Shown here: in pieces, positions 39,839-50,546 of the stretch
Position numbering within the stretch: position 1 is the first letter of the stretch
Layout: each line of letters begins with the position of its first letter
NCBI GenBank assembly: GCA_001464065.1
Contig: LNDN01000011.1
Location: 2,231-66,230 of the forward strand
Direction: 5' to 3'
Source of the DNA: Acidobacteria bacterium Ga0077522
GTDB taxonomy: Bacteria > Acidobacteriota > Vicinamibacteria > Vicinamibacterales > Vicinamibacteraceae
DNA length: 64,000 nt
The notes under the pieces: model-generated
What the model was told of the DNA's origin: nothing
What the model saw: only the letters and a program-made list of their open reading frames with translations
Databases searched by the model: none
Program-made: the position numbers and the translations under genes

Positions 39839-40389
39839 TGCCGATCGTGACCTTCATGTGGCTGGTAGGCCCCCTCGTGCTGTTCTGCTTCGTCCTGGCG
39901 TACTCGATGCGCCGGGCATCGAGGCGGCAGGAGCAGCTCGAGACGGCGCGCTTCCGGGGACGCACCGGTGAGACGGGCCTCGCGTCGGCCATGACCGATG
40001 CCCTCACGCGCATGCGCGGGCAGGAACTCGCCAATCAGGCGCGGTACGAGGCCCTCGACGAGTTCCTCCGACAGGTGGTCGAGAGCCTGCCACACGGGCT
40101 GTTCGTCCTCGGCCGTGACGGCAACCTCCGCGTCGCCAACGGCGAAGCCCTCCGCTGGCTCGGCCTTCACGACTCGGTCGAAGGGCAGGTCCTCTGGACG
40201 CTCGACGGCACGGAGCCCCTGCGCGCCGTCGCCCAGGCCTGCCTCGAGGCCGATGCGCGTCGCGACGTGTCCCTGGTCGGGCCAGGCGCCCCGGGGGCCG
40301 CCGTCCCCGTCACGGCGCTGCCGCTGCGGGCTGCCGACGGCGATGTCGACGGGGTGCTCTACCTGGTCCACGTCGAGCGCGTCGCGTAA
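39838..40389 (+). CDS. Small membrane-anchored PAS-like protein
   Basis: 183 aa from the ATG at 39838, which overlaps the pilD TGA; N-terminal TM MPIVTFMWLVGPLVLFCFVLAY; PAS-like LPHGLFVLGRDGNLRVANGEALRWLG. Confidence 0.6.
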   Translation: MPIVTFMWLVGPLVLFCFVLAYSMRRASRRQEQLETARFRGRTGETGLASAMTDALTRMRGQELANQARYEALDEFLRQVVESLPHGLFVLGRDGNLRVANGEALRWLGLHDSVEGQVLWTLDGTEPLRAVAQACLEADARRDVSLVGPGAPGAAVPVTALPLRAADGDVDGVLYLVHVERVA

Positions 40390-40548
40390 GCATCGTCCTC
40401 CACATGCCCCAGGGGGGCGGTGGCAGAAGTTGCCGTGTGCCTGAAGCGCCTCGATCGCGCTTTTCGCCATCCGCGCGGGACTCCCGCCTGAAATCGCGTG
40501 TCCTGGCGCCTGTGTGGCGCTGGCGTGGCGCTTGCCTGCATGGCAGGC

Positions 40549-41088
40549 ATGTCTGCACGAGTGCTCCACGCCACCCGCGGATCGTCGCTGCTGGAAGCCG
40601 TCGTGGCCGCCGGTCTGCTGGCCACGGTCCTCACCGCCATCCTGCCGCTGGTCACCGCCTCGGTCTCTGGCACCGCGGCCTCGCGGGGGGACCTGATGGC
40701 CGCACACCTCGCGCGACAGCGCCTCGCGCACCTGCAGGCGCTCACGCACGTCCGCACGCCCGCCGGCGTGCTGGTCGACCAGATGTCGAGGCTCGACGAC
40801 GCGAGTCCGTTCGGCGTGGGCGGGCCAGGGCTGACGGCGTCTGGCCTGGGGCCTCTTCAGGCCTCGGCCCCGCTGTGGGTGGACTGGCTGGACGCACACG
40901 GCGCCTGGCAGGGCGGAGGCGCCATGCCCCCGGCGCGGGCACGCTATCGCCGGCGGTGGGCCATCCTGGCGACCGGGCAGGACACGTGCGTGCGCCTGTG
41001 GGTCGAGGTCGTGCCGCTCGGTCCGTCCGTCGGTCATCGCACGTCGCTGGCGGGTGGCATCCAGTGCCCTTGGGGCGTCACGCCATGA
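40549..41088 (+). CDS. Minor pilin / pseudopilin (PilV-like)
   Basis: Leader MSARVLHATRG/SSLLEAVVAAGLLATVL with Glu at +5. The ATG at 40540 is an alternative start. Confidence 0.65.
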   Translation: MSARVLHATRGSSLLEAVVAAGLLATVLTAILPLVTASVSGTAASRGDLMAAHLARQRLAHLQALTHVRTPAGVLVDQMSRLDDASPFGVGGPGLTASGLGPLQASAPLWVDWLDAHGAWQGGGAMPPARARYRRRWAILATGQDTCVRLWVEVVPLGPSVGHRTSLAGGIQCPWGVTP

Positions 41089-42173
41089 GTGTCGTCTTCA
41101 TGCCGGAGTCCGATCCGCCACGCTGGACAGACCGCGCCGGCCTGACGCTGCTCGATCTCCTCGTGGCCACCTGTGTGGCGCTGGCGACGATCGCGGCCGT
41201 GGGGATGGCGCTGCCGCCGGTCCTCGACGTGGCGCGCGCCGTGCCCGAGGCCACGGACCTGCAGCAGCGGGCGCGTGCCACCGAAGTCGTGCTTGCCGGC
41301 CTCATCGGCAGCGCCGGCGCTGGCGCCGACCTGGTGGGCCACGGGCCCCTGCCGCAGGCCGTCCCCGCCGTGTGGCCCCGCCGTGTCCTCGTTGGCGCCG
41401 ACGCGCCCGACACGGCATGGGCGGATCGCCTGTCGCTCTGGCAGGTCGAGGCCCGTGCGGCGCAGGCACCGGTCGCCAGCGCCATCGCCGCAGGGACCCA
41501 GACGGTCTCGATCGTCTGGCATCCGGCGTGCGGCACGCATCCCTCCTGCGGCTTCCGGCCGCGGGACCTCGTTCTCGTCCATGGCCGGAACGGCGCGATG
41601 GTGGTCACCAGCCTCGCCGACGTGCAGGGCCTGCTGCTCACGCTGGCAACGCCGCCTGACCAGACCATCGACCTGCCCGCCACCGCCGCGGCGCTCACGG
41701 CCCGGACCCTCAGCCTCGACGCCGCTCGTCGTCAACTGCGGCGTGCAGACGATGACGGGACCTGGCAACCGGTCACAGACGATGTGGTGGGGATGCGGGT
41801 GAGGTACTACGGCAATGCGGCGGCACCGAGGTGGCCGGCCGTGCCGGGCGTGGACACCTGCGCCGTCGCCGCCGATGGCCTGCCGAAGCTCGGGCTGCTG
41901 GGCCCAGTGCCTGGCCCGCCGGTGGAACTGACCGCGGCGGACTTCATCGACGGGCCGTGGTGTGGATCGGGCCGGTGGCGCTTCGACGCCGACCTGTTGC
42001 GGGTGACGGCAGTCCGCGTCGCCCTGCGTCTGCAGGCCTCGTCCGCGGCCGTGCGCGGGGCGTCGGTCGAGTGGTTTGCGCAGCCCGGCGAGGCACGCCG
42101 GGCCGGACAGGAGGTGCGTGATGTGGAACTCGACGTGTTCGTGGCCGCGCCGAATCTCTCACGCGCGCAGTGA
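41085..42173 (+). CDS. Minor pilin-like protein (PilW-like, atypical leader)
   Basis: 362 aa from the ATG at 41085 (ATGA overlap); DRAG/LTLLDLLVATCVALATIAAV with Asp rather than Glu at +5. Confidence 0.6.
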   Translation: MSVVFMPESDPPRWTDRAGLTLLDLLVATCVALATIAAVGMALPPVLDVARAVPEATDLQQRARATEVVLAGLIGSAGAGADLVGHGPLPQAVPAVWPRRVLVGADAPDTAWADRLSLWQVEARAAQAPVASAIAAGTQTVSIVWHPACGTHPSCGFRPRDLVLVHGRNGAMVVTSLADVQGLLLTLATPPDQTIDLPATAAALTARTLSLDAARRQLRRADDDGTWQPVTDDVVGMRVRYYGNAAAPRWPAVPGVDTCAVAADGLPKLGLLGPVPGPPVELTAADFIDGPWCGSGRWRFDADLLRVTAVRVALRLQASSAAVRGASVEWFAQPGEARRAGQEVRDVELDVFVAAPNLSRAQ

Positions 42174-42768
42174 TCGAGGGATCGCCTTGCCGGGCGTGTT
42201 GCTGTTGGCCGCCTTCCTGGTGGGCGTGACCGGGTGGCTCGTCGGCCACGTGCGCACGGACCTGGCGTTGGCGTCGGCGCAGGAGGACGCGACCACCGGC
42301 GTGCTGGTCGCGGATGCCGCTCTCCAGGCCGCAGCCGCAGCGCTCGGAGACCAGGTCGACTGGACGCAGGTCGCCGCCCTCGCGCCACCCGTGGCCTGTC
42401 CGGGCGTGCCGGCGGCGCTGGCCTCGCTGGACGAGCCGACCGAGCGGGCCTGGCTGCAGGCCGAGGTGGATGCGGGCAGTCGGTGGGCGGCGGATACGCC
42501 ACAGTGGCAACTGCTGTGGGTGTGTCATGGTCCGGGCGTCCTCGGGCACTGGGCGGGGCGCGGCGCGGTGCCCGCGGTGGCTGTCTGGGTGGCCGACGAA
42601 CCGGAGGGCGACGGCCAGCCCCTCGTCAGCACGAATCAACGCCTCCTGCTCGCCTCGGTGGCCCGGGTGGCCGGCGACGCGCGGGGCGCCGTGAGTGCCA
42701 CCGTGGTGCGTCAGGCGCCGGGCGCCCCCGTCGAGCTGGCCGCGTGGAGGGCCTCGCCGGGGTGGTGA
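42121..42768 (+). CDS. PilX-N-like membrane-anchored protein
   Basis: RGIALPGVLLLAAFLVGVTGWLV anchor resembles a PilX N-terminus. Start is uncertain: ATG 42121, TTG 42076 or TTG 42187. Confidence 0.5.
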   Translation: MWNSTCSWPRRISHARSDRGIALPGVLLLAAFLVGVTGWLVGHVRTDLALASAQEDATTGVLVADAALQAAAAALGDQVDWTQVAALAPPVACPGVPAALASLDEPTERAWLQAEVDAGSRWAADTPQWQLLWVCHGPGVLGHWAGRGAVPAVAVWVADEPEGDGQPLVSTNQRLLLASVARVAGDARGAVSATVVRQAPGAPVELAAWRASPGW

Positions 42769-42851
42769 CTCAACCCGTGGCGATTTTGGCCGATCATCCG
42801 TGGAAGGACTGCCCGGGGCACGGCTCGCCCCGGTGACACAGGAGGCGTGCG

Positions 42852-43487
42852 ATGACTGGACGGATCGCCGGCGTACTGGCCGGCATTCTCGTGGGCGTGA
42901 TGGCAGGACCGGCGACGGCGCAGTCGCTCGGCGATGTCGCGCGTCAGGAGGCGGCGCGCCGGGAGCAGGTCAAGGCGGGCAGCAAGGTCTTCACCAATGC
43001 GGATCTGCCGCCCTCGGCAGTCCTGGCCCCCGCCCGCGACACGACATCAGCGGGCGACGAGGCGCCGGCCCCCGCCGCCGACGCCCCTGCAGCGACGCTC
43101 GCCGGTGCTGCCGGGGCTGGTGCTGCCGGAGCCGGAGCGCCCGGCGACGCCGCGAGCGCGGCGGCAGGCACGCCTGACGGGGCCGCCAAGGCCGAGCGCG
43201 CGCCGACAGACGATGAGGCTGGGTGGCGCGCCAGGGCCGAGCGGGTGAACACGGCGTTGGCGGCCGCGAAGAACGAGGTGCGGCAGCTCAAGGCGCTGTC
43301 CGACCGGCTCTCGCTCGAGGCGCAGGCCAGCGACCCGTCAGCGGCCGCCCGCGCCGAGGCCGAGCGCGTCGAGATGCGCGCGCAGATTGCGAAGGCCGAA
43401 GAGAAGGCCGCCGCGGCGACGGCCGATCGCGAGGCGCTCGCGCAGGAGGCCCGCGCCTCCGGTGTCCCGCCCGGGTGGATCCAGTAG
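42852..43487 (+). CDS. Secreted Ala/Glu-rich coiled-coil protein
   Basis: 211 aa; AGGAGG 6 nt upstream of the start; signal peptide ...VMAGPATAQS; low-complexity Ala/Pro/Gly linker followed by heptad-like helices. Confidence 0.6.
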   Translation: MTGRIAGVLAGILVGVMAGPATAQSLGDVARQEAARREQVKAGSKVFTNADLPPSAVLAPARDTTSAGDEAPAPAADAPAATLAGAAGAGAAGAGAPGDAASAAAGTPDGAAKAERAPTDDEAGWRARAERVNTALAAAKNEVRQLKALSDRLSLEAQASDPSAAARAEAERVEMRAQIAKAEEKAAAATADREALAQEARASGVPPGWIQ

Positions 43488-43567
43488 ACTGGCCGAGTCG
43501 GACCACGACCAGGCTGGCGGGTCACCGCAGGCCCGTGAGCCCGGCGACGACCGAGACACCCCGACCG

Positions 43568-44992
<1,425 letters not shown>

Positions 44993-45003
44993 GCCCGGTC
45001 AGG

Positions 45004-46107
45004 TCAGGCCAGGCCGATCTCGGCCAGGCCCACGCGCACCTGCGGTTCGTCGACATCGGTGGCGATGGTGGTGTCGCCGATGCGGGTCGGCAGCACGAAA
45101 TGCAGGGTGCCTGCGACGACCTTCTTGTCGCGCCGCGTGGCCGCCAGGATGGCGTCCACATCGAGGCCGCCGATGGCCGGCAGCGGCCCCATGTGGTCCA
45201 GCAGACGCACCAGCTCGGCATGCTCGGTCGCCGACCACGTACCGCGGGCCACCGCGATCGCCGACGCCGCCTTCATGCCGTAGGCGACGGCTTCCCCATG
45301 ACGCAGGAGCCGGTAGTTGGTCACCGCCTCGAGGGCGTGACCGATGGTGTGGCCGAAGTTGAGGATGCGTCGAAGCCCATCCTCGCGCTCGTCCTTGGTC
45401 ACCACGTCCGCCTTGATGGCGCAGCAGTCGGTGATGACCGGCAGCAGCGCCGACGGTGAGCCATCGAGCAGGGCATCCATCGTCTCGGCGCAGCGGGTGA
45501 ACAGCGACGGGGAGGCGATGACGCCGTACTTGACCACCTCGTAGAGGCCGGCGCGCAACTCGCGCCGACTGAGCGTGGTGAGGACGGTCGGGTCGACGGC
45601 GACGAGCGCCGGCTGGTGGAAGGCGCCCAGCAGGTTCTTGCCGAGGCGATGGTTCACCCCGACCTTGCCCCCGATGGCACTGTCGGTCTGCGCCACCACC
45701 GTGGTCGGCACGTGCACGAGCCGGATGCCCCGCAGGTAACTGGCGGCGGCAAAGCCGGCCATGTCGCCAATCACGCCGCCGCCCACCACCACCAGCACGG
45801 CCTTGCGATCGATGCCGCGGACGACCAGCGCGTCGTGGATCCGACCCAGCGTCGCCATCGTCTTGGCCTTCTCGCCGTCGGGCACGAGGACCGGGGCGAA
45901 CTCCTCCCGGTCGGCGACGCCGAGCCCGTGGCGCACGGCGGCGCCATGCAATCCCCACACCTGCGGGCTCGACACCACCACGAGACGGGAGGCGCCGGGA
46001 CAGGCCTCGGCCACGATGGCGTCGAGTGACGACAGCAGGCCGGGGGCGATCAGGATGCGCGACACCTGGGCGGACCGGGTGTGGACCTCGAGGACGTGAG
46101 GGGACAT
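45004..46107 (-). CDS. aroB: 3-dehydroquinate synthase
   Basis: 367 aa from the ATG at 46107, inside the 977-aa track ORF; GGGVIGDMAGFAAASYLRGI, GKNLLGAFHQP, NFGHTIGHALE motifs. Confidence 0.92.
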   Translation of the reverse strand: MSPHVLEVHTRSAQVSRILIAPGLLSSLDAIVAEACPGASRLVVVSSPQVWGLHGAAVRHGLGVADREEFAPVLVPDGEKAKTMATLGRIHDALVVRGIDRKAVLVVVGGGVIGDMAGFAAASYLRGIRLVHVPTTVVAQTDSAIGGKVGVNHRLGKNLLGAFHQPALVAVDPTVLTTLSRRELRAGLYEVVKYGVIASPSLFTRCAETMDALLDGSPSALLPVITDCCAIKADVVTKDEREDGLRRILNFGHTIGHALEAVTNYRLLRHGEAVAYGMKAASAIAVARGTWSATEHAELVRLLDHMGPLPAIGGLDVDAILAATRRDKKVVAGTLHFVLPTRIGDTTIATDVDEPQVRVGLAEIGLA

Positions 46108-46263
46108 GATCGGCAAAAGAGCCGGGAAATCCGGCTCCGAGCGGGTGGTAGGATAGCAGGGTCCCGGCGGCGCCGAGGCCGAGCGCCGTGCAACGGGCAC
46201 GGCCGCCGGTGTCCCCCGAACAGGCCCGCGTCGACGCGACGGGCAGGAGCAGACGCCCTTCTG

Positions 46264-47829
46264 GTGACCACGCAGCCTGATTTCCTGGTGCTCGGCAGCG
46301 GCATTGCTGCGCTCCGCGCGGCGCTGGCGCTCGCGAGCCGGGGATCCGTGTGCGTCCTGACCAAGGGCGAGCCCGATCAGGGCAGCACCGGCTGGGCCCA
46401 GGGCGGCATCGCGGTCGCGATGGGCGACGACGACTCGCCTCGCCTGCATCTCGAGGACACGCTGGCGGCGGGCGATGGGTTGTGCGAGCCGGACGCCGTG
46501 CGGGCACTGGTCGGCGAGGGGCCGCGCTACGTGTCGGAACTGCTCGCGTGGGGCGCCCGGTTCGACCGCGACGCCCAGGGGCGGCCGGCGCCGACCCGTG
46601 AGGCCGCCCACAGCGTGCGCCGTGTGCTGCATGCCGACGACGCGACGGGCCGCGAAATCAGTCGCGTGCTGCACGAGCAGGTGGCGGCACTGCCGGCCAT
46701 CACCATCATCGACCACGCCATCGTCACCGAGTTGCTGTGCGAGGGCGGCGTGTGCGTCGGCGCGGCGTATCGCGATGCGCAGGACCGTCGGCACGAAGTG
46801 CGGGCCCGGGCCACGTTGCTGGCGACCGGTGGCGCGGGGCAGGTGTTCGCGCAGACCACCAATCCGACCGTGACGACCGGCGACGGCATGGCGATGGCGT
46901 TCGAGGTCGGCGCCGAGGTGGCCGATCTCGAGTTCGTCCAGTTCCACCCGACGGTACTCGATGTCCCGGGGCGGCCGCGGTTCCTGCTGTCCGAGGCGCT
47001 CCGTGGCGAAGGCGCGCGGCTGCTGAACGTGGCGGGTGAGGCCTTCATGGGACGCTACGAGTCGGCCGCGGAGCTGGCGCCTCGCGATCGCGTCGCTCGA
47101 GCCATCGTCCGCGAACGGCAGCGGACCGGTGGGCCGATCAGCCTGTCGATGGCGCATCTGCGGGACCTGGATGTCCACGCGAGGTTCCCGCAGATCTCCG
47201 AGGCGTGCCGCGAGGCTGGTCTCGACCTGGCGCGTGACCCGGTGCCCGTCAGTCCGGCGGTGCATTACGTGATGGGCGGCGTGGTCACCGACCTCGATGG
47301 GCGGACGTCGCTGCCCGGGCTCTACGCGGCAGGCGAGGTGGCGTGTACGGGCGTGCACGGGGCCAACCGTCTGGCGAGCAACTCGCTGCTCGAGGGCCTC
47401 GTCTTCGGGGCGCGCGCCGGCGCGGTGATGGGCGAGCCCCCGCGCGTGCGCGATGGCTGGGGCCCGGGCCGTCTCGTGGCGTGTGCGCCGGCGGTCCCCG
47501 GTCCGGCGGTGGAGGCCCCGGCGGATCTCGACGTCGCCACCGTCCGCCTGCGCGCCTGGCGCGACCTCGGGCTCGTCCGCACGCCCGAAGGGCTGCAGGC
47601 GGCCGATGCCTGGTTCACGCAGGCCCGGGCCGCCTGCGTCGCATCGACGGCCGGCGATCTGGCCTCGGCCCAGCTGCGCAGTCTGGTCACCGTGGCGTAT
47701 CTCATGAGCCGCGCGGCGTTGCGGCGCGAAGAGAGCCGCGGCGGGCATTACCGGACGGATTTTCCCGAGCGCCACGACGACACGTGGGGCCATCACTGCA
47801 GCGACGTGCTGCAGCGCACAGCAGAGTGA
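46264..47829 (+). CDS. nadB: L-aspartate oxidase
   Basis: 521 aa from the GTG at 46264; FAD fold DFLVLGSGIAALRAA, RESRGGHYRTDFP C-terminal motif. Confidence 0.9.
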   Translation: MTTQPDFLVLGSGIAALRAALALASRGSVCVLTKGEPDQGSTGWAQGGIAVAMGDDDSPRLHLEDTLAAGDGLCEPDAVRALVGEGPRYVSELLAWGARFDRDAQGRPAPTREAAHSVRRVLHADDATGREISRVLHEQVAALPAITIIDHAIVTELLCEGGVCVGAAYRDAQDRRHEVRARATLLATGGAGQVFAQTTNPTVTTGDGMAMAFEVGAEVADLEFVQFHPTVLDVPGRPRFLLSEALRGEGARLLNVAGEAFMGRYESAAELAPRDRVARAIVRERQRTGGPISLSMAHLRDLDVHARFPQISEACREAGLDLARDPVPVSPAVHYVMGGVVTDLDGRTSLPGLYAAGEVACTGVHGANRLASNSLLEGLVFGARAGAVMGEPPRVRDGWGPGRLVACAPAVPGPAVEAPADLDVATVRLRAWRDLGLVRTPEGLQAADAWFTQARAACVASTAGDLASAQLRSLVTVAYLMSRAALRREESRGGHYRTDFPERHDDTWGHHCSDVLQRTAE

Positions 47830-47839
47830 CAAGACGACG

Positions 47840-49360
47840 ATGAGCGAGCAGCAGCAGGGCAAAGGGCAGCAGCAGGGCAAGGGCCAGCAACAGGGCAAGT
47901 CCGGCGGCAAGGGCGACGCGTTCGTCACGGCGATCACGTCACAGGCGGAGGACTACTCCCGGTGGTACCTCGACGTGGTGCTCCGCGCGGAACTGGCCGA
48001 CTACACGCCGGGGCTCAAGGGCTGCATGACGATCCGGCCGTACGGCTATGCGATCTGGGAGCGCATCCAGTTGCTGCTGGATGCCCGCCTGAAGGCCACC
48101 GGACACGTCAACGCGTACTTCCCGCTGTTCATCCCCGAGAGTCTCCTGATGAAGGAGGCCGAGCACGTGGAGGGCTTCGCGCCGGAGGTGGCGTGGGTCA
48201 CGCACGGCGGCAAGGAGAAGCTCGAGGAGCGGCTCGCCATCCGGCCGACGTCGGAGGTGATCATCGGGACGATGTACGCCAAGTGGCTGCAGTCGTGGCG
48301 CGACCTGCCCATCCTGATCAACCAGTGGGCCAATGTCGTCCGCTGGGAGAAGGTGACGCGTCCCTTCCTCCGCACGACCGAGTTCCTCTGGCAGGAAGGT
48401 CACACCGTGCACGAGACGGAGGCCGAGGCCGAGGAAGAGACGCGCAAGATCCTCGGTGTCTACAAGGAGTTCGTCGAGACCGAGCTCGCGATGCCGGTGA
48501 TCGACGGGCAGAAGAGCGACGCCGAGAAGTTCGCCGGCGCGGCCAAGACCTACTCCATCGAGGCGCTGATGGGCGACGGGCGGGCGCTGCAGGCCGGCAC
48601 GTCGCACAACCTCGGGCAGAACTTCGCCAAGGCCTTCGACATCAAGTTCCAGGGCCGCGACAAGGTCGAGCAGCATGCCTGGACGACGTCGTGGGGCGTC
48701 TCGACGCGGCTCATCGGCGGCTTGATCATGGTGCACGGTGACGACAGCGGGCTCGTGCTGCCGCCCAACATCGCGCCCTACCAGGTGGTGATCGTGCCCA
48801 TCCCGCGTGGCGACTGGCGCGAGACGGTGCTTCCGCACGCCCAGGCGATCAAGGCGCAGCTGGTGGCGGCCGGGGTGCGCGTGATGCTCGACGACCGCGA
48901 TGCCTACACGCCGGGCTGGAAGTTCGCCGACTGGGAGATGCGCGGCGTCCCCGTGCGACTCGAAATCGGGCCGAAGGACATCGAGAAGCAGCAGGTCGTG
49001 CTGGCCCGTCGTGACACGCGCGAGAAGGCGTTCGTCGCGATGGACGGGCTGGTCGCCCACGTCCAGGGCTGGCTGGCCGACATCCAGGCGTCGCTGTTCG
49101 CGAAGGCGCAGCAGGTGCGCGAGGAGCGCACCCACTACACGGAGAGTTACGAGGAGTTCAAGGCGCTGATGGCGGGCACCCGTCCCGGACTCGTCTATGC
49201 CCCGTGGTGCGACGACGCGACTGTCGAGGCGCAGGTCAAGACCGAGACGCAGGCGACGATTCGCAACTATCCGTTCGTGGCGCCGCCCGCCGAGGGCAAG
49301 GTCTGCTTCGTCACCGGGCGTCCGGCCACCGTCGTGGCCTGCTTCGCCAAGGCGTACTAG
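47840..49360 (+). CDS. proS: Proline-tRNA ligase (archaeal/eukaryote-like short form) with repetitive N-terminal extension
   Basis: 506 aa; class II motifs (FRTTEFLWQEGHT, GTSHNLGQNF); (QQQGKG) x3 N-terminus; C-terminal ...ACFAKAY. Confidence 0.9.
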   Translation: MSEQQQGKGQQQGKGQQQGKSGGKGDAFVTAITSQAEDYSRWYLDVVLRAELADYTPGLKGCMTIRPYGYAIWERIQLLLDARLKATGHVNAYFPLFIPESLLMKEAEHVEGFAPEVAWVTHGGKEKLEERLAIRPTSEVIIGTMYAKWLQSWRDLPILINQWANVVRWEKVTRPFLRTTEFLWQEGHTVHETEAEAEEETRKILGVYKEFVETELAMPVIDGQKSDAEKFAGAAKTYSIEALMGDGRALQAGTSHNLGQNFAKAFDIKFQGRDKVEQHAWTTSWGVSTRLIGGLIMVHGDDSGLVLPPNIAPYQVVIVPIPRGDWRETVLPHAQAIKAQLVAAGVRVMLDDRDAYTPGWKFADWEMRGVPVRLEIGPKDIEKQQVVLARRDTREKAFVAMDGLVAHVQGWLADIQASLFAKAQQVREERTHYTESYEEFKALMAGTRPGLVYAPWCDDATVEAQVKTETQATIRNYPFVAPPAEGKVCFVTGRPATVVACFAKAY

Positions 49361-49363
49361 GAC

Positions 49364-50401
49364 TCACCCCCACAGCGCCGCGACCGTCTCCGGCATGCGC
49401 GCCGTGATCTTCTTCACGGCGGCATGCCGGCGGGTCAGCTTCTCGCGGTCCACGACCGCGCGGAAGATGCCCGTCAGCTGCCCCTTGAACCACGCATTGT
49501 CCGAGGCCTGCCAGGCCTCGGCGACCGCGTCGAGCACCGACGCCTCTCCCACCTGCTGCAGCGCCGAGAGCATGCCCACCGGCGTCTGCTCCCCGAGCAC
49601 CTCGAGCGACTCCCTCAGATCGTAGATGGCCAGGCGACTGCCCCGCGCCGCCAGCGCGAGGTGCGCTGCGGCCCGGACGACGCGCCAGCCTTCCACGAGG
49701 TCGGGCGCGACCGCACGCTCGTGGGCACGCACGCGCTCGATGACCCGATGGAGGATGGTGAGCGGGGCGTCGGGGCCGTGCGTCGCGAGGGCCTGGCGCA
49801 GCACCTCCGGGGCCGTCGGCAGTGTCCCGGCGGCGACCGCCTCCAGGCACGCGTCGCCATCAAGGGCTGGCGCCGCGTCCTCGCCGCCGGAGGGCGGCGC
49901 AGCCACGGCGTCGCGCAGGGCGGCGGAGGGATCGCGCCGCAGCTGGTCGCGCAGCGGCTCGAGCACGTCCGCGTCGTAGGTCTCGGAGCGCTCGGGCGCG
50001 CTGGCGATGGCTTCGAGGGCCCGCACGCGAACGACATCGGCCCGTGACGTGTCCAGCAGCGTGGCCGTGAGGGCGTCGAGTGCGCCGGACGCGACGGCGG
50101 TCTCGCGTGCGTCCAGCAGGGCGCCCATGGCGTCCACCGCGGCCCCGGCGACCTCCGGGGCTGCGTGACCCAGCAGCGGGCGGATGGCGCCGAGGGTGCC
50201 CGGGTCGCCGATGCGCTCCAGCACGCGCAGCAGGCGCGGCAGATGCGTCGGGTCGGCCGTGGCGAGTTGCTGCACGACGAGGCGCAGCGCCGGCCGCCCG
50301 ATGATGGCCAACCGCGCGATGGCCGCCTCGACGGCCACGGCGTCGTGGGTGGCCAGCAATTCGTCGAGGAGCGTTCTTGACTGACCGGGGCGGGTAGGCA
50401 C
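49364..50401 (-). CDS. HEAT/ARM-like helical repeat protein
   Basis: 345 aa; Ala/Leu-rich repeated helices (...LLRVLERIGDPGTLGAIRPLL...); GTG start. Confidence 0.6.
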   Translation of the reverse strand: MPTRPGQSRTLLDELLATHDAVAVEAAIARLAIIGRPALRLVVQQLATADPTHLPRLLRVLERIGDPGTLGAIRPLLGHAAPEVAGAAVDAMGALLDARETAVASGALDALTATLLDTSRADVVRVRALEAIASAPERSETYDADVLEPLRDQLRRDPSAALRDAVAAPPSGGEDAAPALDGDACLEAVAAGTLPTAPEVLRQALATHGPDAPLTILHRVIERVRAHERAVAPDLVEGWRVVRAAAHLALAARGSRLAIYDLRESLEVLGEQTPVGMLSALQQVGEASVLDAVAEAWQASDNAWFKGQLTGIFRAVVDREKLTRRHAAVKKITARMPETVAALWG

Positions 50402-50481
50402 GAGCGCGCCGATTGTACCGCCTCGCGGGGGAAGCGGGCTGAGGACGCAGGGCGTCAGGCCCAGGCGCCGGGGCGGGGCCT

Positions 50482-50519
50482 CAACGACAAAGGCCCGACC
50501 GGCGGGTGCCGGTCGGGCC
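50482..50519 (-). terminator. Rho-independent terminator of the OmpA-family gene
   Basis: 11-bp stem GGCCCGACCGG / CCGGTCGGGCC (50492-50502 and 50509-50519), followed on the - strand by TTTGTCGTT. Confidence 0.65.
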
Positions 50520-50546
50520 TCTGAGGTGTTCGTGCGGGGCGCGGTG

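Noticed and set aside
40437-40450. TGGCAG-aagt-TGCC as a sigma-54 promoter upstream of the minor pilins
   Set aside because: The GG-to-GC spacing is 8 nt rather than the required 10 nt.
45004-47937. 977-aa - strand ORF that seems to extend aroB far upstream
   Set aside because: Only the last 367 codons, from the ATG at 46107, match 3-dehydroquinate synthase. The upstream part is antisense to nadB, which has clear FAD and aspartate-oxidase motifs on the + strand.
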